A DNA stretch of 64,000 nucleotides from Cyanobacteria bacterium P01_A01_bin.123 (GTDB taxonomy: Bacteria; Cyanobacteriota; Cyanobacteriia; Phormidesmidales; Phormidesmidaceae): NCBI GenBank assembly GCA_039815185.1, contig JBCBZT010000006.1, positions 152,239-216,238 of the forward strand. The letters run 5' to 3'. Position numbers and translations under genes: made by a program. Each line of letters starts with the position of its first letter. Positions within the stretch are counted from its first letter, which is position 1. Shown here in pieces: positions 1-8,710 of the stretch. The notes under the pieces were generated by a model. The model had not been told where the DNA came from, ran no database searches, and saw only the letters and a list, made by a program, of their open reading frames with translations.

Positions 1-2060
1 CTGATGCAGGCATCCCGTTTTTCTCTAGCTATCGCACGGTGGAAGAGACGCTGAGCGATCTGGAAAACCTAACGACCGCAAACCCAGACTTGGCCGACTG
101 GATCGACATTGGCGATACCTACGACAAAATTACCCCGGGCGGGGCAGACGGGTACGATATCAATGCCCTCATACTCACCAATGAAGAATTTAGCTTGCCG
201 GACGGTAGCGATAAGCCTGTTTTGTATATGCAGGCTGCTATCCACGCCAGAGAATATACCACGACTGAGTTAGTCACCCGTTTTGCGGAGGACTTGATTG
301 CAGGCTACGGCGTGGATGCTGATACCACCTGGCTGTTGGACTATAACGAAATTCATATCGTCCCAATTGTTAATCCAGATGGTCGCAAGATTGCTGAGCA
401 GGGTTACCTCTGGCGGAAAAACACCAATCCCAACCCCAATCCCGGTGATGATCCAGCCCCTTTCCCGACCTATGGGGTAGACCTGAACCGCAACTACGGG
501 TTTGAGTGGGCCAATGGCGTTGCCAGCGATGGGACAACGGGTATAGGTTCAACGGATAATCCATCTTCTAATAGCTACCACGGCTTAGGGCCTTTTTCAG
601 AGCCTGAAAGTAAAGCGGCTAGCGACTATGTGTCAACGCTGTTTGAACCGAATGGGCCAAAGCTACTGAATGATCCAACGCCAGAACTCGAGCGGGTCTA
701 CGAAGCAGTTCCAGATGACATTTCAGGCATTTATGTTGACTACCACAGCTTCGCTGAGGGCATCCTCTACTCTTGGGGGTGGGCTGAAGGGTTGATCGCG
801 CCGAATGATGAACAACTGCGTACCCTGGCCCGCAAGTATGGTTTCTTCACTGGGGCTGTAGGAGAACCCTACGATGCTCTACCGGCTCAAGTATTTGGGG
901 CAGTGGGGGGGGCTACCGATGACTGGGCCTATGCCACCTTTGGGATACCGGGCTTCACGATGGAGATCGGCACGTCTTTCTTCCAACCCAGTGAAGACTT
1001 TGAGAATGAGATTTTGCCCGATAACATGCCCGGCATGTATTATCTGGCCAAGGCCGCCCGCCGCCCATACCAAACGCCCTTTGGCCCAGAAGCCATTGAA
1101 ATCGGTCTCGATCGCCCGCAGGTGGTGGCTGGGCAATCGGTGCAGCTTTCTGCGATCGCAGACGATGAGCGTTACGACGATAGTGATGCCATCGGCGGCG
1201 GCCAGGACGAAGCCCCCCAAACCTTCCAACCGATCGCCGCAGGTCGCTATTCAATTGACTTACCTTCTTGGATCGCAGGGGTTGAACTGTTTGACATGCA
1301 GGCCACAGATGGGACATTCAGTAGCACCTTAGAATCCATCACCGCAACTATCGATACAACAGGGTTGGCGTCTGGGCGACATACCGTCTTCGTTGAAAGT
1401 CAAGATACGGATGGTAACTGGGGCGTCGCCACAGCCGTGTTCCTTGATATTGTGGCTGCGCCAGATGATGCCATTACCACCGATGGCTCTGATCAATCAG
1501 AAACCTTGGTCGGCGGCAACACCTCAGATGTGATTTATGCGCTGGGGGGCGATGATACGGTTGCTGGCGGTCTCGGGGACGATGTCATTTTTGGAGAAGA
1601 TGGGGATGACGTGCTGCGGGGCGATCGCAATAGCCGCTCGTCAGGTGGCGCCAACGATGGGGATGACATCATCTATGGCGGTGCTGGAAATGACCGCATT
1701 GGCGGTAAGGGCGGCGATGACAAGCTCTACGGTGATGAGGGCGATGACACCATTTGGGGCGATGACGGCGATGATTTGCTTTGGGGTGGCGGCGGTAACG
1801 ACACCCTGACTGGCGATGACAACTCTGGCGGCAGTGGCAGCGATACTTTCGTTTTAGTCATCGGCGAGGGTACCGACACCATTACTGATTTTGAGGTCGG
1901 CATCGACTTGCTGGGTCTGTTCGGCACATTGAGCTTTGGCCAATTATCGATTCGCCAAGATGCTCAAGACGCACTCATCGAGTTTGGGGACGAAACCTTA
2001 GCCATTCTTTCAGGTACCGAGGCAGACACCTTGACCGAATCTGCTTTTGTCCCTGTCTAA
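1..2060 (+). CDS. M14 zinc carboxypeptidase with C-terminal RTX Ca-binding repeats (5' end outside window)
   Basis: HARE zinc motif, NPDG, DLNRN, DYHS, EIG; GGxGxD nonapeptides at the C-terminus; frame is open from base 3 (DAGIPFFSSYRTVEE), matching the paralog's GIPGFSSYRTVEE. Confidence 0.85.
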   Translation, partial: DAGIPFFSSYRTVEETLSDLENLTTANPDLADWIDIGDTYDKITPGGADGYDINALILTNEEFSLPDGSDKPVLYMQAAIHAREYTTTELVTRFAEDLIAGYGVDADTTWLLDYNEIHIVPIVNPDGRKIAEQGYLWRKNTNPNPNPGDDPAPFPTYGVDLNRNYGFEWANGVASDGTTGIGSTDNPSSNSYHGLGPFSEPESKAASDYVSTLFEPNGPKLLNDPTPELERVYEAVPDDISGIYVDYHSFAEGILYSWGWAEGLIAPNDEQLRTLARKYGFFTGAVGEPYDALPAQVFGAVGGATDDWAYATFGIPGFTMEIGTSFFQPSEDFENEILPDNMPGMYYLAKAARRPYQTPFGPEAIEIGLDRPQVVAGQSVQLSAIADDERYDDSDAIGGGQDEAPQTFQPIAAGRYSIDLPSWIAGVELFDMQATDGTFSSTLESITATIDTTGLASGRHTVFVESQDTDGNWGVATAVFLDIVAAPDDAITTDGSDQSETLVGGNTSDVIYALGGDDTVAGGLGDDVIFGEDGDDVLRGDRNSRSSGGANDGDDIIYGGAGNDRIGGKGGDDKLYGDEGDDTIWGDDGDDLLWGGGGNDTLTGDDNSGGSGSDTFVLVIGEGTDTITDFEVGIDLLGLFGTLSFGQLSIRQDAQDALIEFGDETLAILSGTEADTLTESAFVPV

Positions 2061-2172
2061 TGGCATGTTTCACCCCGCTTGAAATACCGAGCTGCGATGA
2101 ATCTGCTGGCTAAAAAATAAGTTGGGCTGTGCGTGCCTAGACGATTGCAGTGATTTCGATAACAACTGACTG

Positions 2173-2204
2173 ATCGTGATGCTCGGGTGATAGAGCATCA
2201 CGAT
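2173..2204. terminator. 12-bp inverted repeat between the tandem peptidase genes (terminator or RNA-stability hairpin)
   Basis: ATCGTGATGCTC-N8-GAGCATCACGAT; no U-tract. Confidence 0.4.
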
Positions 2205-2249
2205 GGCCCGTGACCGCGAATTGTGTTGATTGATCACAAGGAGTATACC

Positions 2250-5117
2250 GTGGCAGAAATTCTACTCAATGAAGGATTTGGTGGCAGTTTTCCTCCCCTG
2301 GGGTGGGCCTCGTTTATTGGTGAAAATGGGCTTGGGCCCGTTAGCAATTGGGTTCCCGGTACCGATGGCGGTTTTGATAATCGCAGTGTGGCTTTCGTCA
2401 GCCCCGAAGATGTTGAAGGCGGCTTGGCCGAAGACTGGCTGGTCACACCGCTGCTGCGACCCAGTGCAGACAACAGCACGTTTAGCTTCGACAGCAGACT
2501 GGTTTTCCCAGAGGATCAAGGCAGTATCTACACGGTGCGGGTCTCCACGGAAAGTCAAACCGACCCTAATAGTTTTGACACCGTGGAAACCTTCTTGGAG
2601 ACTGACTTTGCAGTTGACGCAGATGGCAATGCGACCTACAAGACGTTTGAGATTGATTTAAGCCCCTACCAGGATCAAGACGTTTATGTCGCCCTGGTAA
2701 TGGAAAATGACAACGGTGATTTTTTTGCCATCGACGATGTTGGCGGCGTCCCCTTTGCACCTGATGTACTGGTGACAGAGTCTGGGGGAGAGGTCGCTTT
2801 GAGTCGGGGCGGCACGAACGAAACGCTGCAGCTAGCCCTGGCCACTGCACCGACCAGCGCAGTCACCCTCAACTTCAATACGGATACGGATGAGATTGGC
2901 CCAATTGCATCGGTGACATTTACCCCAGATAACTGGGACCAGTCACAACTCGTCAATTTAAATATTGCCAACCTTGGCGGTACTGGGGCACCGGAGACTA
3001 GCTTTAACCTCAGCTTTGACGTGGACAGCGATGACCCGAACTATGCGGGTCTTGAGATCGACGAGGTGGCAGGGCGAATTGTTGACAACGGTATTCCTGG
3101 CTTTTCGAGCTATCGCACGGTTGAAGAAACCTATGCTGACTTGTCCTTCTTGGCCGATGAAAATCCAGATCTAGTTGACTGGTTTGCCATTGGCGAAAGC
3201 TATGACAAAGTCACGCCTGGCGGAGCTGATGGCTATGATATCAACGTCTTGAAGCTGACCAACAAAGCGATTGAGCTACCAGACCGACAGGAAAAGCCGG
3301 TTATCTATATTGAGGGCGCGATTCATGCTCGCGAATATACCACGGCTGAACTGGTGACCCGCTTTGGCGAAGGGCTAGTCGCAGACTATGGGGTTGACCC
3401 CGATATCACCTGGCTGTTGGATTACCACGAGGTTCATATTGTGCCAGTGGCTAACCCTGACGGCCGCAAGTTTGCCGAACAAGGATATTCGTGGCGCAAA
3501 AATACCAATCCCAATCCGCCCCCTGGAGAAGAACCTGCCCCCTTCCCCAACTACGGGGTTGACCTAAATCGAAATTTTGATTTCAAGTGGAATGACGCTA
3601 AACCTTTTCCCGATGCTCTGCCGCCCTCTAGTGGGGATCCGGCTAGCAATATCTATCGGGGCGATGCCCCGGCCTCAGAACCAGAACTGCAAACCGTGCA
3701 AAATTACGTGCGGTCGATTTTCCCCGATCAACGGGGGCCAAATGATACCGATGCTGCCCCAGAGGATGCCACCGGGGTTTTTCTAGATGTCCACAGCTTT
3801 GGTAATCTCGTGCTTCACCCGTGGGGGTGGACGGATGCAGATTCTCCCAATGAACCCGCTTTACGCACCTTGGGTCGCAAGTATGGCTACTACACCGGAC
3901 AGGGGCCTGATGGAGCCTACGATGTTGATGAGGGGTTAGGGCTTTACCCCTCTGATGGGACTTCTGATGACTGGGCCTATGGGGAACTTGGGATAGCGGG
4001 TTACATTATCGAGCTGGGGGAAACGTTTTTCCAACCGAGTGAAGATTTTGAAAACGAGATTCTGCCGGAGAACCTGCCAGCGTTAACCTACATGGCTAAG
4101 GCCGCTCGCCGCCCTTACCAAACCCCTGCCGGGCCGGAAGCCTTGGATGCTGAGCTAGACATGGCCCAGGTGGTGGCGGGTAAGTCAGTGGTGCTAACGG
4201 CGCTGGCTGATGATACTCGCTACGATGATGGCGCTGTCACAGATGATGAGGTCGGCACCGTCAACGATTTACCAGAACCTAGCCAAGATATCGTGGCGGG
4301 GCGTTATTCGATTGGCCTACCGTCTTGGATTCCAGGTGCTGAGCTATTTGACATGAGCGCAATGGATGGGGCTTTTGACAGCTCATCAGAAACCCTCACT
4401 GCCACTGTGGATACAGCAGGGTTGGAAGCGGGTCGCCACATGGTCTTTATTGAAGGTCAAGATGCTGATGGCAACTGGGGAGTCGCTGCGGCTGTATTCC
4501 TCGATATTGTGGCTGCACCAGATGATGCCGTTGTGACGGAGGGTTCTGATGGGCCAGAAACCCTGGTTGGCGACGATGCTCCAGATGTGATTTACGCGCT
4601 GGATGGTGATGATCGGGTGGCTGGCGGCCTAGGAAATGATGTCCTCTTTGGCAATGCCGGGGATGATGTGATGCGGGGCGATCGCGACAGTCGCTCGCCC
4701 GGTGGCTCCGGTGGTGGCGATGACATCATCTATGGCGGCGCCGGAAATGACCGCATTGGGGGCAAGGGGGGTGATGACAAGCTCTACGGTGATGAGGGTG
4801 ATGACACCATTTGGGGCGATGACGGCGATGATTTGCTTTGGGGCGGGAGTGGCAACGACACCCTAACGGGTGATGATGACTCTGGCGGGAGTGGTAGCGA
4901 TACCTTCGTTCTAGCGATTGGTGAGGGTACCGACACGATTACCGATTTTGAGGTCGGCACAGATCTGATTGGTTTGTTTGGCACGCTGAGCTTTGGTCAA
5001 TTGTTGCTTCGCCAAGATGCCCAGGATGCGCTCATTGAGTTTGGGAATGAGACGCTAGCCATCCTCTCAGGGATTGAGGCAGAGACTTTGATTGAGTCGT
5101 CCTTTGTGCCGGTCTAA
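2250..5117 (+). CDS. M14 zinc carboxypeptidase with N-terminal cleaved-adhesin/choice-of-anchor-J-like beta domain and RTX tail
   Basis: AAGGAG SD before GTG 2250; N-terminal LLNEGF...DWLVTP...IDLSPY...AIDDV pattern; HARE, DLNRN, DVHS, ELG motifs; RTX repeats. Confidence 0.85.
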   Translation: MAEILLNEGFGGSFPPLGWASFIGENGLGPVSNWVPGTDGGFDNRSVAFVSPEDVEGGLAEDWLVTPLLRPSADNSTFSFDSRLVFPEDQGSIYTVRVSTESQTDPNSFDTVETFLETDFAVDADGNATYKTFEIDLSPYQDQDVYVALVMENDNGDFFAIDDVGGVPFAPDVLVTESGGEVALSRGGTNETLQLALATAPTSAVTLNFNTDTDEIGPIASVTFTPDNWDQSQLVNLNIANLGGTGAPETSFNLSFDVDSDDPNYAGLEIDEVAGRIVDNGIPGFSSYRTVEETYADLSFLADENPDLVDWFAIGESYDKVTPGGADGYDINVLKLTNKAIELPDRQEKPVIYIEGAIHAREYTTAELVTRFGEGLVADYGVDPDITWLLDYHEVHIVPVANPDGRKFAEQGYSWRKNTNPNPPPGEEPAPFPNYGVDLNRNFDFKWNDAKPFPDALPPSSGDPASNIYRGDAPASEPELQTVQNYVRSIFPDQRGPNDTDAAPEDATGVFLDVHSFGNLVLHPWGWTDADSPNEPALRTLGRKYGYYTGQGPDGAYDVDEGLGLYPSDGTSDDWAYGELGIAGYIIELGETFFQPSEDFENEILPENLPALTYMAKAARRPYQTPAGPEALDAELDMAQVVAGKSVVLTALADDTRYDDGAVTDDEVGTVNDLPEPSQDIVAGRYSIGLPSWIPGAELFDMSAMDGAFDSSSETLTATVDTAGLEAGRHMVFIEGQDADGNWGVAAAVFLDIVAAPDDAVVTEGSDGPETLVGDDAPDVIYALDGDDRVAGGLGNDVLFGNAGDDVMRGDRDSRSPGGSGGGDDIIYGGAGNDRIGGKGGDDKLYGDEGDDTIWGDDGDDLLWGGSGNDTLTGDDDSGGSGSDTFVLAIGEGTDTITDFEVGTDLIGLFGTLSFGQLLLRQDAQDALIEFGNETLAILSGIEAETLIESSFVPV

Positions 5118-5141
5118 TTGAATTCAGTTGAGCTGTATCAA

Positions 5142-5176
5142 TTGCCTTTAGCCCCCCATTGAGGGGCTAAAGGCAA
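5142..5176 (+). terminator. Hairpin downstream of second peptidase
   Basis: TTGCCTTTAGCCCC / GGGGCTAAAGGCAA 14-bp stem. Confidence 0.7.
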
Positions 5177-5310
5177 ATTACCTGGGTGGTTTGTTAGGCG
5201 GCGTCTAGTTCCGTCTTGCAATAGGGTGGCTTTTATGACTCATTCAACTGGGCTAAATTTTTCTGTTTCTTTTCTGGAATGCGATCGCTGTCTGTTGTAT
5301 CTAAGCTCTA

Positions 5311-5375
5311 TAAACCACATCCGATTGAACATTGGAGTCTTTAGTTCATAGAGAACTATGAATCTGTATGTGGTT
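5311..5375 (+). repeat. Copy of ~65-bp quasi-palindromic intergenic repeat
   Basis: TAAACCACATCCGATT...AACTATGAATCTGTATGTGG; aligns with the reverse complement of 51710-51775. Confidence 0.7.
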
Positions 5376-5410
5376 AAGGTTGACATCCTGAATAATACGG
5401 AGGAGTTGTG

Positions 5411-5668
5411 ATGGCACAGCGGTTGAAACGGTGGGAATCACCCCGTCGGCAAGGCCGAAACGCAAAAGGAAAAGGCGGATCGGCACGCAAACGACAGTAT
5501 CTTAAACAGCAACAGCAGTTGAGGCAACGGTTAAAGCGGAACGAATCCCAGAAATCATCTAGTCAATCTTGCGGAGGAGAGGTTAACCCCTCTCTTTTTT
5601 TATGCATTTTTGCGGTTTTCACAGCCCGGCGCACTTTGCAAAATAAAGGTGTCATGCGGCCGAACTAA
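5411..5668 (+). CDS. Small basic protein, candidate alternative ribosome-rescue factor
   Basis: GGAGGAG SD at 5399-5405; R/K-rich N-terminus with KGKGGS; intrinsic terminator inside the frame. Confidence 0.6.
   Translation: MAQRLKRWESPRRQGRNAKGKGGSARKRQYLKQQQQLRQRLKRNESQKSSSQSCGGEVNPSLFLCIFAVFTARRTLQNKGVMRPN
5577..5601 (+). terminator. Intrinsic terminator inside ORF 5411-5668
   Basis: GAGAGG-TTAACC-CCTCTC followed by T7. Confidence 0.6.
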
Positions 5669-5781
5669 GAATCTTTGAGGGTTAGATGAAGGTGCGTCAA
5701 TTTGTCTTCTGACCCGCGATCTTCTTCCCAAGCTGGGCATGTTAGACCTGTAGAGCGCCTTGTGGGGCTAAGGGAATCATT

Positions 5782-6282
5782 TTGAACAACAACTTTACGT
5801 ATGTCCCTGTATTGTCCGGTGTTTCCCAGATGCCAAGTAAGGCTGAGGGCACAACCTATCTCATTAAGCTCCACGCCTACAATCAAGAACATTTATTTGG
5901 CTCGGTTCAAAGGGGTTCGGTTTGTCTCAACGATATTGGTCACATTGCAGCAGACGAATGGGTGCAATCATCTCGAAATCGTCAGGAGATTGAGCTAGAC
6001 GGTTGGGCCATACTGCCCAACTATATTCAAGGGATTGTCGTTGTTCAACCCAAAATCGCAATTCGAGAAGCTGCAGGTTACGACCAAATCCGACAGGTTC
6101 AAAAGCCGCGATCGCTCTCCGCCTTTGTTGCCGGGTTCAAAGCTGCCGCTGCTAAGCGCATCAACCTATTACGCAATAATCCTGGGTTGCCCGTTTGGGA
6201 ACGCAGCTACCGTGAACGGTTGCTTTACACCCCTGCACAGCTCGACTACACCCGTCAAAGCCTGCAAGAATACCCGTTGTAA
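5782..6282 (+). CDS. RAYT/IS200-like HUH tyrosine transposase homolog with degenerate catalytic motifs (start may be ATG 5830)
   Basis: LFG..LNDIGHIAADEW, IELDGWAILPN, SLSAFVAGFKAAAAKRIN, PVWERSY are RAYT-family blocks; expected PNHxH reads PNYIQ. Confidence 0.7.
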   Translation: MNNNFTYVPVLSGVSQMPSKAEGTTYLIKLHAYNQEHLFGSVQRGSVCLNDIGHIAADEWVQSSRNRQEIELDGWAILPNYIQGIVVVQPKIAIREAAGYDQIRQVQKPRSLSAFVAGFKAAAAKRINLLRNNPGLPVWERSYRERLLYTPAQLDYTRQSLQEYPL

Positions 6283-6320
6283 ATCGGGCTTACGGCAAGC
6301 TTCATTTCAACTGAAAGCTT

Positions 6321-6413
6321 GACCACATCGAGATCCGTCATTTTCCCCCTGAGCTAAAAATTTCTCCTCCGGAAACGCTGCGCGAACAGGTTTTCAATCC
6401 GGATAGGGTTTAG
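6321..6413 (-). repeat. Copy of intergenic repeat with ~25-bp internal insertion; overlaps rimM stop
   Basis: CCACATCGAGATCC..TTTTCCCCCTGAGCTAAAA...CAGGTTTTCAATCCGGATAGGGTTTAG resembles 51710-51776. Confidence 0.55.
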
Positions 6414-6937
6414 ACATCCAGTAGGCCAGCGGGCGGCTTGATTTCGACCCTTCCAGCTTCAATATCAACCACGGGCACAATCGCTTCCACAAAGGGAACT
6501 AAAACTCGGCGCGGTTTTATCGCTGATGTTAATTCCACTTCCAACAAATCGTTGCCCGCACTAAACACGTCGACCACTACCCCAATCTCTGCCTGTTGGT
6601 GTTGGTCAAATACTCTTAACCCAATCAAATCAGCTACATGGTACTCATCGGCTTCTAGGGGTAAGCGATCGCCTTCAGGGACGAGCAGTTCACAATTGCG
6701 CAATTTCTCCGCTTGGTCGCGATGTTGGATGTCTGCAAATTTGATCACATATAACCCTTTACCGTGCAAAAATCGCCCTTGCACTAACTGAATCGGTTTG
6801 GGGGTGGGGAAGGAGGGCGATCGCAACCAGCGCTGCCCCGGATCCAGAAACCGTTCTGGAAAGTCACTGTTAGGATAGACCCGAACCTCACCGTGGAGCC
6901 CATGGGGGGCAACAATTTTGCCAATGACTAGCCACAT
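6410..6937 (-). CDS. rimM: Ribosome maturation factor RimM
   Basis: IGKIVAPHGLHGEVRV, EYHVADLIGL, GNDLLEV, LVPFVEAIV. Confidence 0.95.
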   Translation of the reverse strand: MWLVIGKIVAPHGLHGEVRVYPNSDFPERFLDPGQRWLRSPSFPTPKPIQLVQGRFLHGKGLYVIKFADIQHRDQAEKLRNCELLVPEGDRLPLEADEYHVADLIGLRVFDQHQQAEIGVVVDVFSAGNDLLEVELTSAIKPRRVLVPFVEAIVPVVDIEAGRVEIKPPAGLLDV

Positions 6938-6943
6938 AGGCGA

Positions 6944-8248
6944 TTAACCACTGACCGCCAATTCTGGGGATTTGATCTGGCCTTGGCTGTAAATTTGGTC
7001 AACAACGCGAGCCAAGTGTCCCATGCCGGCAACAATCTCTTCATCCGTTGCGGTCAGGCTGATTCGAATGCACTGCTGGGTATGGATCCAGTCATCTTTC
7101 ATGCCGGGGAAGAAGGGACTACCCGGCACAGCAATCACACCATGTTGCTTGAGTTCCTGATAGAGTTGCCAATCGCTAACGGGTAAGTCTTTGAACCACA
7201 ACCAGGCAAAGATTGACCCTTCCCCCCGATGCATATACCAAGGGACTGCATCCGGCATAGCATTGTCAAGGGCAGCTTCGAGAACTTCAAATTTGTGTTG
7301 GTAGTGGGGGCGAATCACGTTGAGAGAAATGTCTGCTAAGGCACCCGAGGCGATCGCGCGGGCGGCAATCGCCTGTCCATAGCGCGACGAGTGAATACAC
7401 AGATTAGTTTGGAAAGATTCCAACACCTGAATCATGCGTTCGTCGCCAAGGGCAATGCCAATGCGCTCACCGGGTAACCCTGCCTTCGACAGGCTGATGC
7501 AGTGCACCATGTTGGGTTCAAACAGCGGCGTCATCTCGGTGTAGTTCAAAGCCGGGAAGGGGGGAGCATAGGCTGAATCGACGAGCACCGGGACGTTGTG
7601 GGGGGCAGCTAGGGCAGCAATTCGGCGCACTTCATCATCGCTGAGCACGTTGCCTGTCGGGTTACACGGGCGAGAGAATAACACAAACCCTGTATTTTCG
7701 TTAATTTCAAGCTGATTAAAATCGGGGCGATATTTGAATCGGTGGGGTTCGTTGCCAATCTCGATGGCGGGTTTGTAAGCTTTGAGTGCCTCTGGAATTA
7801 GCGTCACCCCACCATAGCCAGTGTAGTCAGGGCTGAGGGGTAGCACAATTTCTTTCAGCTGGCCGGCACTGCTGTAGCCCCCTAATGCATTGGCAGCAAA
7901 GAAATAGAGGGCCTGACTGCCGGGGGTGATCAAAATATTGCGATCGCTCAGGGATAACCCATAGCGGTTGTTAAAATCGTTTAAGACAGCATCAATAAAG
8001 GGCTGATACCCTTGACTAGAGCCATAGCGGCAGACCACCTCGCCATAATCATCACTGGCCAACAAATCGGCGGTACAGTCGCGCCAAAGCTGTTCGACTT
8101 CCGGCAAGATCACCGGATTCCCTGCACTCAAATTAATAAACTCTCGACCTTCCCCGGCGTGCAGGGTTTCAATGATATCTTTCATAATCGCCCGCACCCC
8201 AGTTAGGTGGGACATCTGATCGCCAAATTGAGTGAGTGCAGGATTCAT
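6944..8248 (-). CDS. avtA: Valine--pyruvate aminotransferase
   Basis: LSAGNP, SRPCNPTGN, DSAY, SLSKAGLPGERIG PLP motifs. Confidence 0.9.
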   Translation of the reverse strand: MNPALTQFGDQMSHLTGVRAIMKDIIETLHAGEGREFINLSAGNPVILPEVEQLWRDCTADLLASDDYGEVVCRYGSSQGYQPFIDAVLNDFNNRYGLSLSDRNILITPGSQALYFFAANALGGYSSAGQLKEIVLPLSPDYTGYGGVTLIPEALKAYKPAIEIGNEPHRFKYRPDFNQLEINENTGFVLFSRPCNPTGNVLSDDEVRRIAALAAPHNVPVLVDSAYAPPFPALNYTEMTPLFEPNMVHCISLSKAGLPGERIGIALGDERMIQVLESFQTNLCIHSSRYGQAIAARAIASGALADISLNVIRPHYQHKFEVLEAALDNAMPDAVPWYMHRGEGSIFAWLWFKDLPVSDWQLYQELKQHGVIAVPGSPFFPGMKDDWIHTQQCIRISLTATDEEIVAGMGHLARVVDQIYSQGQIKSPELAVSG

Positions 8249-8710
8249 AGGAAAGGTTTCAGCAGGTCAGCAAATGAACTGAGTCGGCAAGCCATAAATA
8301 TTCTTCCCAATATAGCGCGACCTTAGGGCGATTCATTTTTTGAGATTTTGTTCAAAACCAACGATACCCTTTCAGAATCAGCCTTTAACCCACGATCGAT
8401 TTTTATTACAGCCCAGGCCTTGAGGCCACTTAGAGCAAATCTGTGAATTCCGCTTAATTGTCATCAAAGGGTGGCGGATGTGGGGCCCAATGCCGTCTGG
8501 AGGCTCTAAAATTCAGCATCCATTTTTATAAAATTACCTGACTGACCCAGACAACAAATCCTACCCGTGAAAAAACGCTTAGAGTTCTTACACAACCGTA
8601 ACGATTATCCCGATTTCTAGAGTATCTTCTCTACAGTGTTAAAAGTTTTACGCTAGTCAGCTTTGCTAGTTATTCCTGATTTATAAGTTCCCATTGCCGT
8701 TCTAAGCCCT

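Noticed and set aside
8426..8483. Possible extra copy of the 65-bp repeat
   Set aside because: Only the terminal CCAC / CGGATGTGG match; could be chance.
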